This document shows, piece by piece, positions 11,501 to 19,106 of a stretch of 64,000 nt of DNA. The number at the start of each line of letters is the position of its first letter. The first letter of the stretch is position 1. The stretch is taken from IMG/VR virus record IMGVR_UViG_3300047510_001118, positions 186,001 through 250,000 of that record. One strand, given 5' to 3'. The notes under the pieces were generated by a model that was not told where the DNA came from, did no database searches, and worked only from the letters and a program-made list of their open reading frames with translations. Position numbers and translations under genes: made by a program.

Positions 11501-12753
11501 CCGTTGGTTGTAACTATACAATCAACGCCCGGAGTAATAAAGGTTACTGAATGGAATAAGCAACTGGCTTCTTTAGAGTTGGCGGCTACTACTGCGCCGT
11601 CTAAATATGCTCCGCGGCCAGCGTCCCCTGCGGCAAAGCCTCTTGGATCTAAACCTGTTGTTGTTGATCCTTGGGTAATAACTGTGATATTTCGTATGTA
11701 AGGACTGCGACTAGATGCTACAAAATTTGTAGCAAATTTAAAAGCATATCCGGTATTATTTGTGCTGTTGTAGAAAAAATTTGCTATTGTTACATCTTCT
11801 ATAGTAACTTCGCCGTTGAGCAATATAGCATCTAAATCATTAGTAGCCAAGGTTGGTTCAATCTTAACTGATCGAATTCCAGCACCTTTGAGCGTTACTC
11901 CAGTGGGTATTGTTAGAGGAAATATTTCTGAATATACACCTGGATAAACAAATACAGTGTCGCCAGCAGAGGCTTCACTTAGAGCATGAGCTATAGTTCT
12001 AAAAGGATCATTTTGATGATCACCCGAGTATGTATCGTTGCCGTTTTGTGCTACATACCAAATTTTGCCCTGTGTTAAATTTAAATTAATTCCGTCAACT
12101 ATAATGTCGCCTGTGACAATTACGTCACTGAACAAGTTGTTTGTATATAAATCTGCCCAACGTTTATCAGTGGTACCTAGTTTATATTCGTTGTCTAAAT
12201 CGGGGATTATATCGCTGGCTACGTCAGCATTAAAATCAATGCTGTCAGTGTCAGCATCTCCTAGTTGTATACTACCATCTGCTGTAATATTGCCTGTAGC
12301 GTGTATGTTTCCATTAACTGTTAAATCAGAAAATACTTCTACTGATCCAGAACCGTTAGGTCTTAGTTCTAGATCTGTGTTTGTTGAATTAGTACTGATT
12401 ATTTTACCAGCAATATCAATATCGCCAACTCGAAGTTTATTTTGATATACTACAGGTGTGCTTGATCCTGCTGGACTTAGAAATAATGTATCTTCAGGTG
12501 TTGAGATGGTTGTACCTGAGATTGAAATATCTGCGATGTTTGCTAGTGTGTCAACTACTAAGTTTGTAGTTCTAGTAACACCGTTAACGGTTAAAGTATG
12601 AGTGGGGTCGTTAGTCTTTATACCAACTCTGTGGTTGGCGGAGTTAGAGTCTACTACTTTTAGGTATATGAGGTCTGTCTCAAAGGCTAGGTCCACACCT
12701 TGGCGTAGAAGATTTGCCTTTAAGAGCGGACCGGAAATGCGACCAACGGTCAT
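8536..12753 (-). CDS. Large virion fibre-like protein with beta-helix-type domain and LamG/concanavalin A-like domain, 1405 aa
   Basis: KIWYVAQNG.D...G...NDPF.TI..AL..A..GDTVFVYPG.Y.E motif; LamG signature GTGDFTVEGWFY...WYHIAVSRSG....MFLNG...GYIDDLRISKG..RY; C-terminal IP.GTT..RP...GM.RFNT motifs; GGAG RBS. Confidence 0.8.
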   Translation of the reverse strand: MTVGRISGPLLKANLLRQGVDLAFETDLIYLKVVDSNSANHRVGIKTNDPTHTLTVNGVTRTTNLVVDTLANIADISISGTTISTPEDTLFLSPAGSSTPVVYQNKLRVGDIDIAGKIISTNSTNTDLELRPNGSGSVEVFSDLTVNGNIHATGNITADGSIQLGDADTDSIDFNADVASDIIPDLDNEYKLGTTDKRWADLYTNNLFSDVIVTGDIIVDGINLNLTQGKIWYVAQNGNDTYSGDHQNDPFRTIAHALSEASAGDTVFVYPGVYSEIFPLTIPTGVTLKGAGIRSVKIEPTLATNDLDAILLNGEVTIEDVTIANFFYNSTNNTGYAFKFATNFVASSRSPYIRNITVITQGSTTTGLDPRGFAAGDAGRGAYLDGAVVAANSKEASCLFHSVTFITPGVDCIVTTNGTRIEWLNSFTYFANRSFYATSGSTGFAGAGKTELRLTGQTGTFAVGNTLSYYDTDGTTLLGSGVINKIDADGKIYLTGKITGLETQFERGGKTITAYGNAKLSTAEKKFGTASLALDGVGDYATIASNSDFNFGTGDFTVEGWFYRSTTGFGISLLDFRTTTNQSAPWIQITAGGSLVYTVNNTTRISGVSGMSAGTWYHIAVSRSGTSTKMFLNGNQIGSTWTDTTTYVQSPLTIGSRFTGDLNFHGYIDDLRISKGISRYNSTFTPPTSTVVNDSYTVLMARFNGDNNSTVFVDDTLLPQDIRTSAGGAATAITLLDYSDFGTEIRAIGSAAIYGNYGVYGDGIGVIAYLIGQNLAYIGVGYRVDNDPTYVIQENEVVELNGAKIYYSSVDHRGDFRVGDLFYVNQAAGTVEFTTANFNIVSQNGVTFSDGTNTTYIDGTRIDTGNLRLSGNTLSSLSGDVNIVAASDEINLQNNVNITGNLDVVGNVTIGGNIILGDQDTDTIQFVGGIISNIVPDATETYKLGTSLLKWSNAYLGQSIIDQITINNNSIVTNVEDADLILDANGTGKVIVSGSDVLINQGLTVQGTTTLSNTTIVGTVGITGNINQIGNTTVTGSVEIDTNLTVGDVAQFQDIKIDDNEITTTVTNSNLRLIANGTGKVYIPSNNVLIDQNLTVDGTISTATLNNTGRITSDEFFNGDILINDNQIKTTLTNSDLELIANGSGVIRIEEFDFSTNVIASNSTSDIVLQPGTGKSIVIDSDQSIIIPIGTTGERPLTPLAGMIRFNTTLNRYEGYDGTDWIRLDSRVTDLDENTYITAELTPGANDDTIRFYNNSNLTANLTATRLETSRVEVDNIVIDGNTISPLSNNTDLAFNATGTGSIKLANFAIKDNIITNTVADSITTITQTGSGYFKIAGSNGFVVPTGDSVQRPTYAVLGMTRYNSQIKQLEIFNGLSWDSAAGAGGGINGATAEDIAVTYALILG

Positions 12754-12882
12754 AAATCACTCCTTTTAACCCCGTGTTTCACGGTTAACCAATTTTGGAT
12801 TTCTCCGCAGCCGCTTTGACGGCTCTTTGCTGGTTTACCACAGTTTAACCATACAAGGATTGGTCGTCCTTGTAATCAGTAG
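12754..12882 (-). ncRNA. Structured ~125 nt 5' leader (cis-regulatory RNA candidate)
   Basis: Lies between a TAAATA box and the RBS. Hairpins: TACAAGGA/TCCTTGTA (12852-12874), AGCCG/CGGCT (12809-12824), GGA-GAAA-TCC, CCGTG/CACGG (12772-12784), plus a GGTTAA/TTAACC closing helix. Confidence 0.55.
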
Positions 12883-12888
12883 TATTTA
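12883..12888 (-). promoter_or_regulatory. T4-like late promoter core (TAAATA)
   Basis: GGATAAATAC in the intergenic region upstream of the 1405 aa gene. Confidence 0.65.
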
Positions 12889-12901
12889 TCCGTTTGGGTT
12901 T

Positions 12902-15900
12902 TTAACCTAGTATTAAGTTCCATAGATAGGAAAGATCTTCCATCTGTTGACCAGTAACATTACCGCCCACGCCGCCCGAATTAATCCAAGAAGTTCCGTC
13001 CCAGATTTCAATGTACTCGCGCTCTATGTTATAGCGTGTTTCACCAATTTCTGGAGTAGGGGTGCGGTCAGCATCGTTACCATAGGGTATAATAAAACCG
13101 TCAGTACCGGTGAGTCTTACGTATCCGTTTCCGGTGGCGGATAGTGTTATAGCCGTTGATAGGTCATTTTGAATTTCATTAGAATCAAAAGTAATAGACT
13201 CAAATCTATTAAGTCCTGTACCTGTGGGAGTTAAAAATAGATCGGCATTATTGGCTGAGATTAAAGAGTTATCAAACTCTAGATTGTCTACATAAAGGCC
13301 ATTAATTCTCATACCTGCTGTGGTAATTTCCATAGCGGCCACAGTGCCGGCAACAAAATTTAATACATTTGTTGTCTTACTGGCTTTGACTGAAGTTTCT
13401 CTATCTGCTGAAAATACGCCGCCGAGCCCTCTACTAGTAATTCCGTCAAATCCTTCAAAAGTGCTGTCAGCAGTATTAAATCTTAAATCGCCCTGTGCTT
13501 TATTTGCCAGAGGTCTATTTAAATTATTTCCAACTGGTATTTTTAAACTGCCAGTAGAGTCTAAATCTGTGTTTTTAACAGTGCCCGGACGTAGTATAAT
13601 ATTATCTGTATTTTTAATAGTATTACTAACAATTTCTTGAGTTTCAACAAATACACTGCCTAAATTATCAGCAATAAAAATTAAATTAGAATTAAGTTTT
13701 GTTGTTGCTATTGAATTATCGTTAATTAAAATATCAGTAGAATAAAATTCATCCGATGTTGTTCTATTAGCAACAGTAATACCGTTTGTAGTTGTTGTAC
13801 TTAGAGCAGTTAAATTGTTATCTATGTCAAGATCGCTGTTTGAAATAACAATAGAGCCAGTACCGTTGGCTTTAATAACTAAATCTGTGTTTAAATTTGT
13901 TACCGTAATATTATTAGTTTGTATTCTTATCTGTGGCAGATAAACTATTTGATCAACAGTTAGATTATTTGTAACTGCTAAAAATCCGCTACTGTCAATA
14001 CTTCCGGTTACGTTTCTAGTTCCAGTATGATTGACTAGCCCAGTAATATTCGTAGTTCTAATATTGCTTTGTCCAACTACATCAACATTTTGATTAACTT
14101 GTACATTGCTAGTTGGTATAACTACTGTGCCCGTGCCATCGGAAGTTAAAATTAAATCAGTGTTTAACGAATTAATAGTTATTACATTGTCATAAAGTCT
14201 TACACTGTCTATATTTGCTTCAACTGTGTGTAGTTCTTGCCATACTTTTGTACTTGATCCTAACGCATAAGAATCATTGACATCTGGAACAAAGTCTTGT
14301 GATATATCTGAGAAAAATTTAATAGTATCAGTGGATTGATTGCCTAATGTTAGACCACCATCGATACTAAAATCTCCGGTAATAGATACGTTTTTTTCAG
14401 CGTTAACATTTTGAGTTAGATTAATTGTTCCGCTGGCAGCGTTAACATTTAAGTTTCCTGAGAGTGATTCAAATGTATTTCCTTGTAATCTTAGATTACC
14501 AGTACGAATTAAACTGAAATCAATATAAGTTATTTCGTCACCGATGCCCACAGTCAACGAACTAATATTATCTAGATTGATTCCCGAAGTATCAAAACTA
14601 ACTGTACCGTCTTCCAAGTTAGCAAAAAACGCATCACCTATACGCCATGTACCTTCATGGTCTTGGCTTTGATAATAAATTTTTCCTGAATTTAATTCCT
14701 GTGTTTCATTGGCTTGTATAACCAATGTTTTGTCATTGCTAGTATCTTTGCCTGTACCAATATAGGCAAAGTTATGCTGTATTAGATACATCAACGTACT
14801 AGCGCCATCTGCTACAGCACCGTATGTTCCGTAGATATTGGCTGATCCAATGCTACGAATTTCTGCTCCGAATTTAACTGCGAGGCCCGCAAATCCCAAC
14901 AAACCGTCTGTGGCATATAAGCCTCGACTAGCGTAATAAGTGAAAGAATTTAACCATTCAACTCGTACACCGTTAGTCATTGTAATCGCATCAACACCCG
15001 GTGTAATAAATGTCACTGCGTGGAAAAGCATACTGGCTTCGTTAGATGTTGACAGTGCTTGACTACCGTCTACTAACGCACCTCGACCGGCGTCACCGCT
15101 GTCAAATCCTCTTGGATCTATTTCTGAGATCACTGAGCCTTTTGTAATTACAGTTATATTTTTAACATATGGACTACGACTAGTAACACTAAATCCTGAA
15201 TCAAAACTAAAAGCATAACCTGGACTATAAAAGTCTGCTACAGTAAGATCACTGATTGTAGTCTGTCCGTTAAGTACAAAGGCGTTATTAGTATTAGTTG
15301 CCGGTGTTGGTATTACTTTAACTGATCTAATACCGAATCCATTAACTGATATTCCTTCATTTACTATTAAAGGAAATTGTTCAGTGTATGTTCCTGGATA
15401 GATAAAAACCGTATCACCAGATGTTGCTTGACTTAAAGCGTGTTTAATTGTAGCAAATGCTCCGTTTTGGTGCTCACCGTCGTTGGTGTCTAAGCCGTTG
15501 GTTGCTACATACCAAATTTTACCCTGTCTAAGTGCTAGATCAATACCGGCATCAGTTTGTAATTGTTCTGTAGTTAACAACTGCCCATTAATTAAAACAG
15601 AATGTGTTTCACTCCATCTTCGATCTGCGCGACCAAGATTGTATGTATAGTGTTGATCCGGCACAATGTCGCTGGCAATGTCTGCGTTGAATGTCACTGA
15701 ATCTGAGTCATTGTTTCCAAATATAATAGTTCCATCTAAGGTAATATCGCCTGTGGAATGTATACTTCCTGATACATTTAGATCATTAAAGACTTTAACT
15801 TCGCCAGTACCATTGGGTCTAATTTCTATGTCTGTATTAGCAGTGTAAGAAGAAATATCATTATTTTTAAGTTCTAAGTCAGCAGTTTTATTAGATGGTA

Positions 15901-16192
15901 CTTGAACTTGTTGGCCGGCAGATATCGTTAGACTACCAAATACAGTAGTGATGTTATTGTCAATTATTCTTAGATTACCAGAAAAATACGAAGTGTCTAC
16001 TAGCAATTCAGGACTGTTAGTTGTTCCTGTAACTGTGAGATCGTGGGTTGGACTAGATGTTCTAATACCTACTTTATTAGATTCTACATCTAGATAAATT
16101 AAATCGTTTTCAAATGCTAGATCAACCCCTTGTCTTAAAAGGTTGTTTTTAAGCATTATACCTGAAATTCTACCAAGGGTGTCTGCTGGCAT
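12902..16192 (-). CDS. Large virion fibre-like protein, paralog of 8536-12753 without LamG (about 1096 aa; start revised from 16207 to the ATG at 16192)
   Basis: Shares GRISG..LK.NLLRQGVDLAFE.DLIYL.V, QGKIWYVA.NG, SRSPY..NITVIT.G, VTFITPGVD and EWLNSFTY with the 1405 aa protein; GGAG RBS lies 8 nt before the ATG at 16192. Confidence 0.8.
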   Translation of the reverse strand: MPADTLGRISGIMLKNNLLRQGVDLAFENDLIYLDVESNKVGIRTSSPTHDLTVTGTTNSPELLVDTSYFSGNLRIIDNNITTVFGSLTISAGQQVQVPSNKTADLELKNNDISSYTANTDIEIRPNGTGEVKVFNDLNVSGSIHSTGDITLDGTIIFGNNDSDSVTFNADIASDIVPDQHYTYNLGRADRRWSETHSVLINGQLLTTEQLQTDAGIDLALRQGKIWYVATNGLDTNDGEHQNGAFATIKHALSQATSGDTVFIYPGTYTEQFPLIVNEGISVNGFGIRSVKVIPTPATNTNNAFVLNGQTTISDLTVADFYSPGYAFSFDSGFSVTSRSPYVKNITVITKGSVISEIDPRGFDSGDAGRGALVDGSQALSTSNEASMLFHAVTFITPGVDAITMTNGVRVEWLNSFTYYASRGLYATDGLLGFAGLAVKFGAEIRSIGSANIYGTYGAVADGASTLMYLIQHNFAYIGTGKDTSNDKTLVIQANETQELNSGKIYYQSQDHEGTWRIGDAFFANLEDGTVSFDTSGINLDNISSLTVGIGDEITYIDFSLIRTGNLRLQGNTFESLSGNLNVNAASGTINLTQNVNAEKNVSITGDFSIDGGLTLGNQSTDTIKFFSDISQDFVPDVNDSYALGSSTKVWQELHTVEANIDSVRLYDNVITINSLNTDLILTSDGTGTVVIPTSNVQVNQNVDVVGQSNIRTTNITGLVNHTGTRNVTGSIDSSGFLAVTNNLTVDQIVYLPQIRIQTNNITVTNLNTDLVIKANGTGSIVISNSDLDIDNNLTALSTTTTNGITVANRTTSDEFYSTDILINDNSIATTKLNSNLIFIADNLGSVFVETQEIVSNTIKNTDNIILRPGTVKNTDLDSTGSLKIPVGNNLNRPLANKAQGDLRFNTADSTFEGFDGITSRGLGGVFSADRETSVKASKTTNVLNFVAGTVAAMEITTAGMRINGLYVDNLEFDNSLISANNADLFLTPTGTGLNRFESITFDSNEIQNDLSTAITLSATGNGYVRLTGTDGFIIPYGNDADRTPTPEIGETRYNIEREYIEIWDGTSWINSGGVGGNVTGQQMEDLSYLWNLILG

Positions 16193-16210
16193 GTAATTAA
16201 TCTCCAATAA

Positions 16211-16216
16211 TATTTA
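16211..16216 (-). promoter_or_regulatory. Late promoter core (TAAATA)
   Basis: AATAAATATT upstream of the RBS of the 1096 aa gene, inside an 8 bp inverted repeat (16203-16221). Confidence 0.6.
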
Positions 16217-16245
16217 TTGGATATTTTACTATTAAAGACTGTAGG

Positions 16246-16815
16246 TTAACGATCGAAACCGTGTATTACGGTCACAGGTTTGCCGTAGGGCACTGCTTCT
16301 GAGAATTTAACATATCGACCCGCAGGATATGTTGTAGCACCTAGATAAAATGCTCCTGTAGGGGCACCCGGTGGGTTGTCAACTAGGGTGTAATTTGTAG
16401 TTGATATTTGAAAAACGTTTTCCACAAATACCATAATATTCTGTGGATTTGCTAGTTCAGGATAGGGAAATTTAGGATCGCCTGAATTTAATGGACCAAA
16501 GTATTCTTCAATGTCGTCACCTAACCAAGGACCTTGCTGTGTTACAAGTCCTGGTTCGTTGAATCGTACTCTGCGCCATTCGTTGTCTTTTCGCATTTCA
16601 AATTCTGGATCACCATAGTTGTTATAATCAGTATTGTATCGTACCATACCGTTGAGGTTACCAGTTACTGATGTAGTTGGACGCTCAGTGTTACTTCCTC
16701 GTGGCACTAACAGTGCGTTGTTAGTGTCCATAGTTACTTCGCCGTCATCTTGTACTGCTAGATTATTGTCGCTAACGTTGCGGAAGTTAATTTGATTTTT
16801 CTTTAAAAACTTCAT
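16246..16815 (-). CDS. Putative virion protein, 189 aa
   Basis: ORF track; LLVPRGSNTERP...GMVRYNTD motif shared with the C-termini of the two large paralogs; C-terminal VMVFVENVFQ....Y small beta-sandwich pattern. Confidence 0.7.
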   Translation of the reverse strand: MKFLKKNQINFRNVSDNNLAVQDDGEVTMDTNNALLVPRGSNTERPTTSVTGNLNGMVRYNTDYNNYGDPEFEMRKDNEWRRVRFNEPGLVTQQGPWLGDDIEEYFGPLNSGDPKFPYPELANPQNIMVFVENVFQISTTNYTLVDNPPGAPTGAFYLGATTYPAGRYVKFSEAVPYGKPVTVIHGFDR

Positions 16816-17153
16816 TATGATACTCTCATTGAACTCACGGTCACTGTTAGTCTATCGTTAGCGTTTGAAGATTTGGCGTGTACTCTTTCGCCTGTTGACA
16901 ATACTATTTTTTCTGTGTCAAATGTAAAAGTTTCGCCGGCAGGAATAGTTAAGTTATTAACAACTTTATATACGGAACTTACTGCGGCCGGATCCGGTGC
17001 TAACAGCCACAAATCTAAAACTTCATCGCTGGTTGAATAGTTACAGAAAATCATGCAGGTAACAGCGTATTCTCTCTCGTCTGTTCCGGGAGTGCCTGGA
17101 CAGGTATAAACGTCCTGTCCTAATGTTGTAATTAATGTGCTGTTAATTGCCAT
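16815..17153 (-). CDS. Small putative virion protein, 112 aa
   Basis: ORF track; stop codon overlaps the start of the downstream gene; IPAGETFTF...KIVL..G pattern resembles 8202-8531. Confidence 0.7.
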   Translation of the reverse strand: MAINSTLITTLGQDVYTCPGTPGTDEREYAVTCMIFCNYSTSDEVLDLWLLAPDPAAVSSVYKVVNNLTIPAGETFTFDTEKIVLSTGERVHAKSSNANDRLTVTVSSMRVS

Positions 17154-17162
17154 TTTTAATCC

Positions 17163-18230
17163 TTAAAATATCATACTAAATGCTAGAGCTTTTCTTCGAC
17201 TTACTAGTTCATCTCTAGTCGTTACATTTTCATCACTGCTTTGAGTATTTACAAAAAATAAACCAGTGCCACCGACGCTTTCATCTTTAGCATATATCTT
17301 TATTCCATCTGTGGCTACTGCTGGATTTAATCCTTGTAAACTTAATTTTAAACTATCGTCTATTTTAACTGAACCGGTTCCTGGATTCGATATTACTAAA
17401 TCTGTACTAAAACCTAGACCTGTTATTGCCGAATTGCTCCATCTAATACTATGTGCTTCAATTCGATCAGTGTACCAAGTTGTATTTAAAACATCATCTA
17501 ATGTCAGCACAAGTTGGCTTGGAACTCCGTCGCTGTCAAAATCTTTAATTTCTAAAATACTGTCTGATAGTTCAATAACACCGTCAACTACTCTACTGTC
17601 TTGGATCTTAAATGGTGGACTGGTGTTAAAGTATTCATTTACATAATCAACAACCGCACGAATATTTGGTATAGTATCATCATTTCTAGGAGGAAATCCT
17701 GGTAATGTGTAGTTTAATACACGCTCTTCGTAGTCGTCGGCACCATTAACGTGTACAACTGCAGTTCCTGTAATGTCGTTGCCTAACAAGTTTAAACTAT
17801 AACCGTTGGCTGTGATAGAATTAGTCTGTATACCTAATAGTTTACCATCGCCTCTTTTAAAAACAAACAGGCCGCCTTTTAAAATAGCATCTTGTGTGTC
17901 AAGCCATAGTCTATCTTCATCAAATAATATTTGAGCATTATTAAGCGATGTATTTGGTACTGTTTGTCCTAAAGGAGTAGCAGATCTATCAATTTCAATA
18001 CCTGATACTCTTTCAGTTACAAACGCATTTGTTTCGCCGCGATTGAGTAATAATATGTTATCCTCAATCTGCATGTTATTAGTCTGTACAGTAGTTGTCG
18101 TGCCTAACACATCTAAGTTACCTGTGATAGTAACTTTACCTATTTGATCTCCAGTGTTTAAAATAATTTCTCCACCAGAGGTTACAGATATTTTATATAA
18201 TGAGTCTTGTACGTTTACTAACTTTGCCAT
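17163..18230 (-). CDS. Putative virion structural protein, 355 aa
   Basis: ORF track; ITGNLDVLGTTTTV....MQIEDNILLLN motif also seen in the tail fibre at 59106-61148. Confidence 0.7.
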   Translation of the reverse strand: MAKLVNVQDSLYKISVTSGGEIILNTGDQIGKVTITGNLDVLGTTTTVQTNNMQIEDNILLLNRGETNAFVTERVSGIEIDRSATPLGQTVPNTSLNNAQILFDEDRLWLDTQDAILKGGLFVFKRGDGKLLGIQTNSITANGYSLNLLGNDITGTAVVHVNGADDYEERVLNYTLPGFPPRNDDTIPNIRAVVDYVNEYFNTSPPFKIQDSRVVDGVIELSDSILEIKDFDSDGVPSQLVLTLDDVLNTTWYTDRIEAHSIRWSNSAITGLGFSTDLVISNPGTGSVKIDDSLKLSLQGLNPAVATDGIKIYAKDESVGGTGLFFVNTQSSDENVTTRDELVSRRKALAFSMIF

Positions 18231-18244
18231 TCTATAATCCTAAT

Positions 18245-18260
18245 GGGGGCCGGAGCCCCC
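18245..18260. other. GC-rich intergenic hairpin GGGGGC-CGGA-GCCCCC
   Basis: 6 bp all-GC stem with a 4 nt loop; no U-tract on the coding (minus) strand. Confidence 0.6.
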
Positions 18261-18268
18261 TTGTTTAA

Positions 18269-18961
18269 TTACTGACTTTCAATTGATACTGTGTCAGATG
18301 TTGCTGAACCAAATGTCCATTTAACCTTAGTACCGGTAGCAAAATCGCCACTGCCAGAAACTTTTCTTTCTAACACTGCTACACGTGATGTTAGTTTTCT
18401 AACAAAGTATGCGTTAGTATTAGCATCAACTGCTGTAATTGACATTTCGTTTTCGCCTAGTGCTGCAGACTGTACTAATTTACATACTGCTGTACCGTCA
18501 CTAGTTCGAACTCTATAACGCTTACTGCCAACTTGTCTAAGTACGTCGCCTGTAGTAAGTTCTGAACCAGAACCAATTTGTGCTTCACACTTAAGAGCAT
18601 TTATGCGAGAAGCAGTAGTTAATGCGACTGTTACGCCACCTGAACCGCTAGTTAAGTTCAATGTTTCGTTGTTATCACTATCTACTACACTGATAGTTGG
18701 TACGGCTGTATAGCCACTACCAGCATCAGTAATATTAATTCCTGTTAAGTCACCGTTACCATCAATAACTGCTGTACCTGTTGCAGTTTGACCACCAGTA
18801 ATTTGTGGTGCGCTGAATGTTACAGTTGTTGTAAGTGCTGCCAAACTGGCTGCTATTGGTGCGGCAATAGTTACACTTGCTAACTTCTCGCCACCAACGC
18901 CTTCGCCGTCGGCGTTATAGTTTGTATTGCCAAAATATTTCTTATGAATAGGACGTCCCAT
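18269..18961 (-). CDS. Putative virion (possibly head-associated) protein, 230 aa
   Basis: ORF track; strong AAGGAG RBS; immediately downstream of the major capsid gene with its own late box; G/T/S/A-rich, contains ITDAGSGYT..PTISV. Confidence 0.75.
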   Translation of the reverse strand: MGRPIHKKYFGNTNYNADGEGVGGEKLASVTIAAPIAASLAALTTTVTFSAPQITGGQTATGTAVIDGNGDLTGINITDAGSGYTAVPTISVVDSDNNETLNLTSGSGGVTVALTTASRINALKCEAQIGSGSELTTGDVLRQVGSKRYRVRTSDGTAVCKLVQSAALGENEMSITAVDANTNAYFVRKLTSRVAVLERKVSGSGDFATGTKVKWTFGSATSDTVSIESQ

Positions 18962-19040
18962 TTGTTTTTCTCCTTAGTTACGAGCGTTCTAGGCTCTACG
19001 CGGTTGGTTCCGCATAAATCTGAAACCGTTTCAGACATAG
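18962..19040 (-). promoter_or_regulatory. Structured 5' leader with three hairpins
   Basis: TCTGAAA/TTTCAGA (19019-19035), TATGCGG/CCGCGTA (18997-19016), GAGC/GCTC (18982-18996), between the TAAATA box and the RBS. Confidence 0.5.
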
Positions 19041-19046
19041 TATTTA
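19041..19046 (-). promoter_or_regulatory. Late promoter core (TAAATA)
   Basis: GGATAAATAC directly after the capsid-gene terminator; same flanks as the 12883 site. Confidence 0.7.
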
Positions 19047-19051
19047 TCCAC

Positions 19052-19082
19052 AAAAGAAAAAGGACTCCGAAGAGTCCTTTTT
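19052..19082 (-). terminator. Rho-independent terminator after the major capsid gene (UUCG loop, potentially bidirectional)
   Basis: AAAAAGGACTC-TTCG-GAGTCCTTTTTCTTTT on the minus strand. Confidence 0.85.
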
Positions 19083-19106
19083 ACAGTTCGCTTAGAAAAG
19101 CGTTGA

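Noticed and set aside
12790-12850. Twister-ribozyme or c-di-GMP-I riboswitch resemblance (TAA..GC..GCCGTCAAAGCGGC..GGAG)
   Set aside because: The required P2 and pseudoknot pairings could not be completed; it is kept only as an unassigned structured leader.
16193-16207. ORF-track N-terminal extension MEINY of the 1101 aa protein
   Set aside because: It starts at a TTG that overlaps the GGAG RBS; the ATG at 16192 is properly spaced and aligns better with the paralog start.
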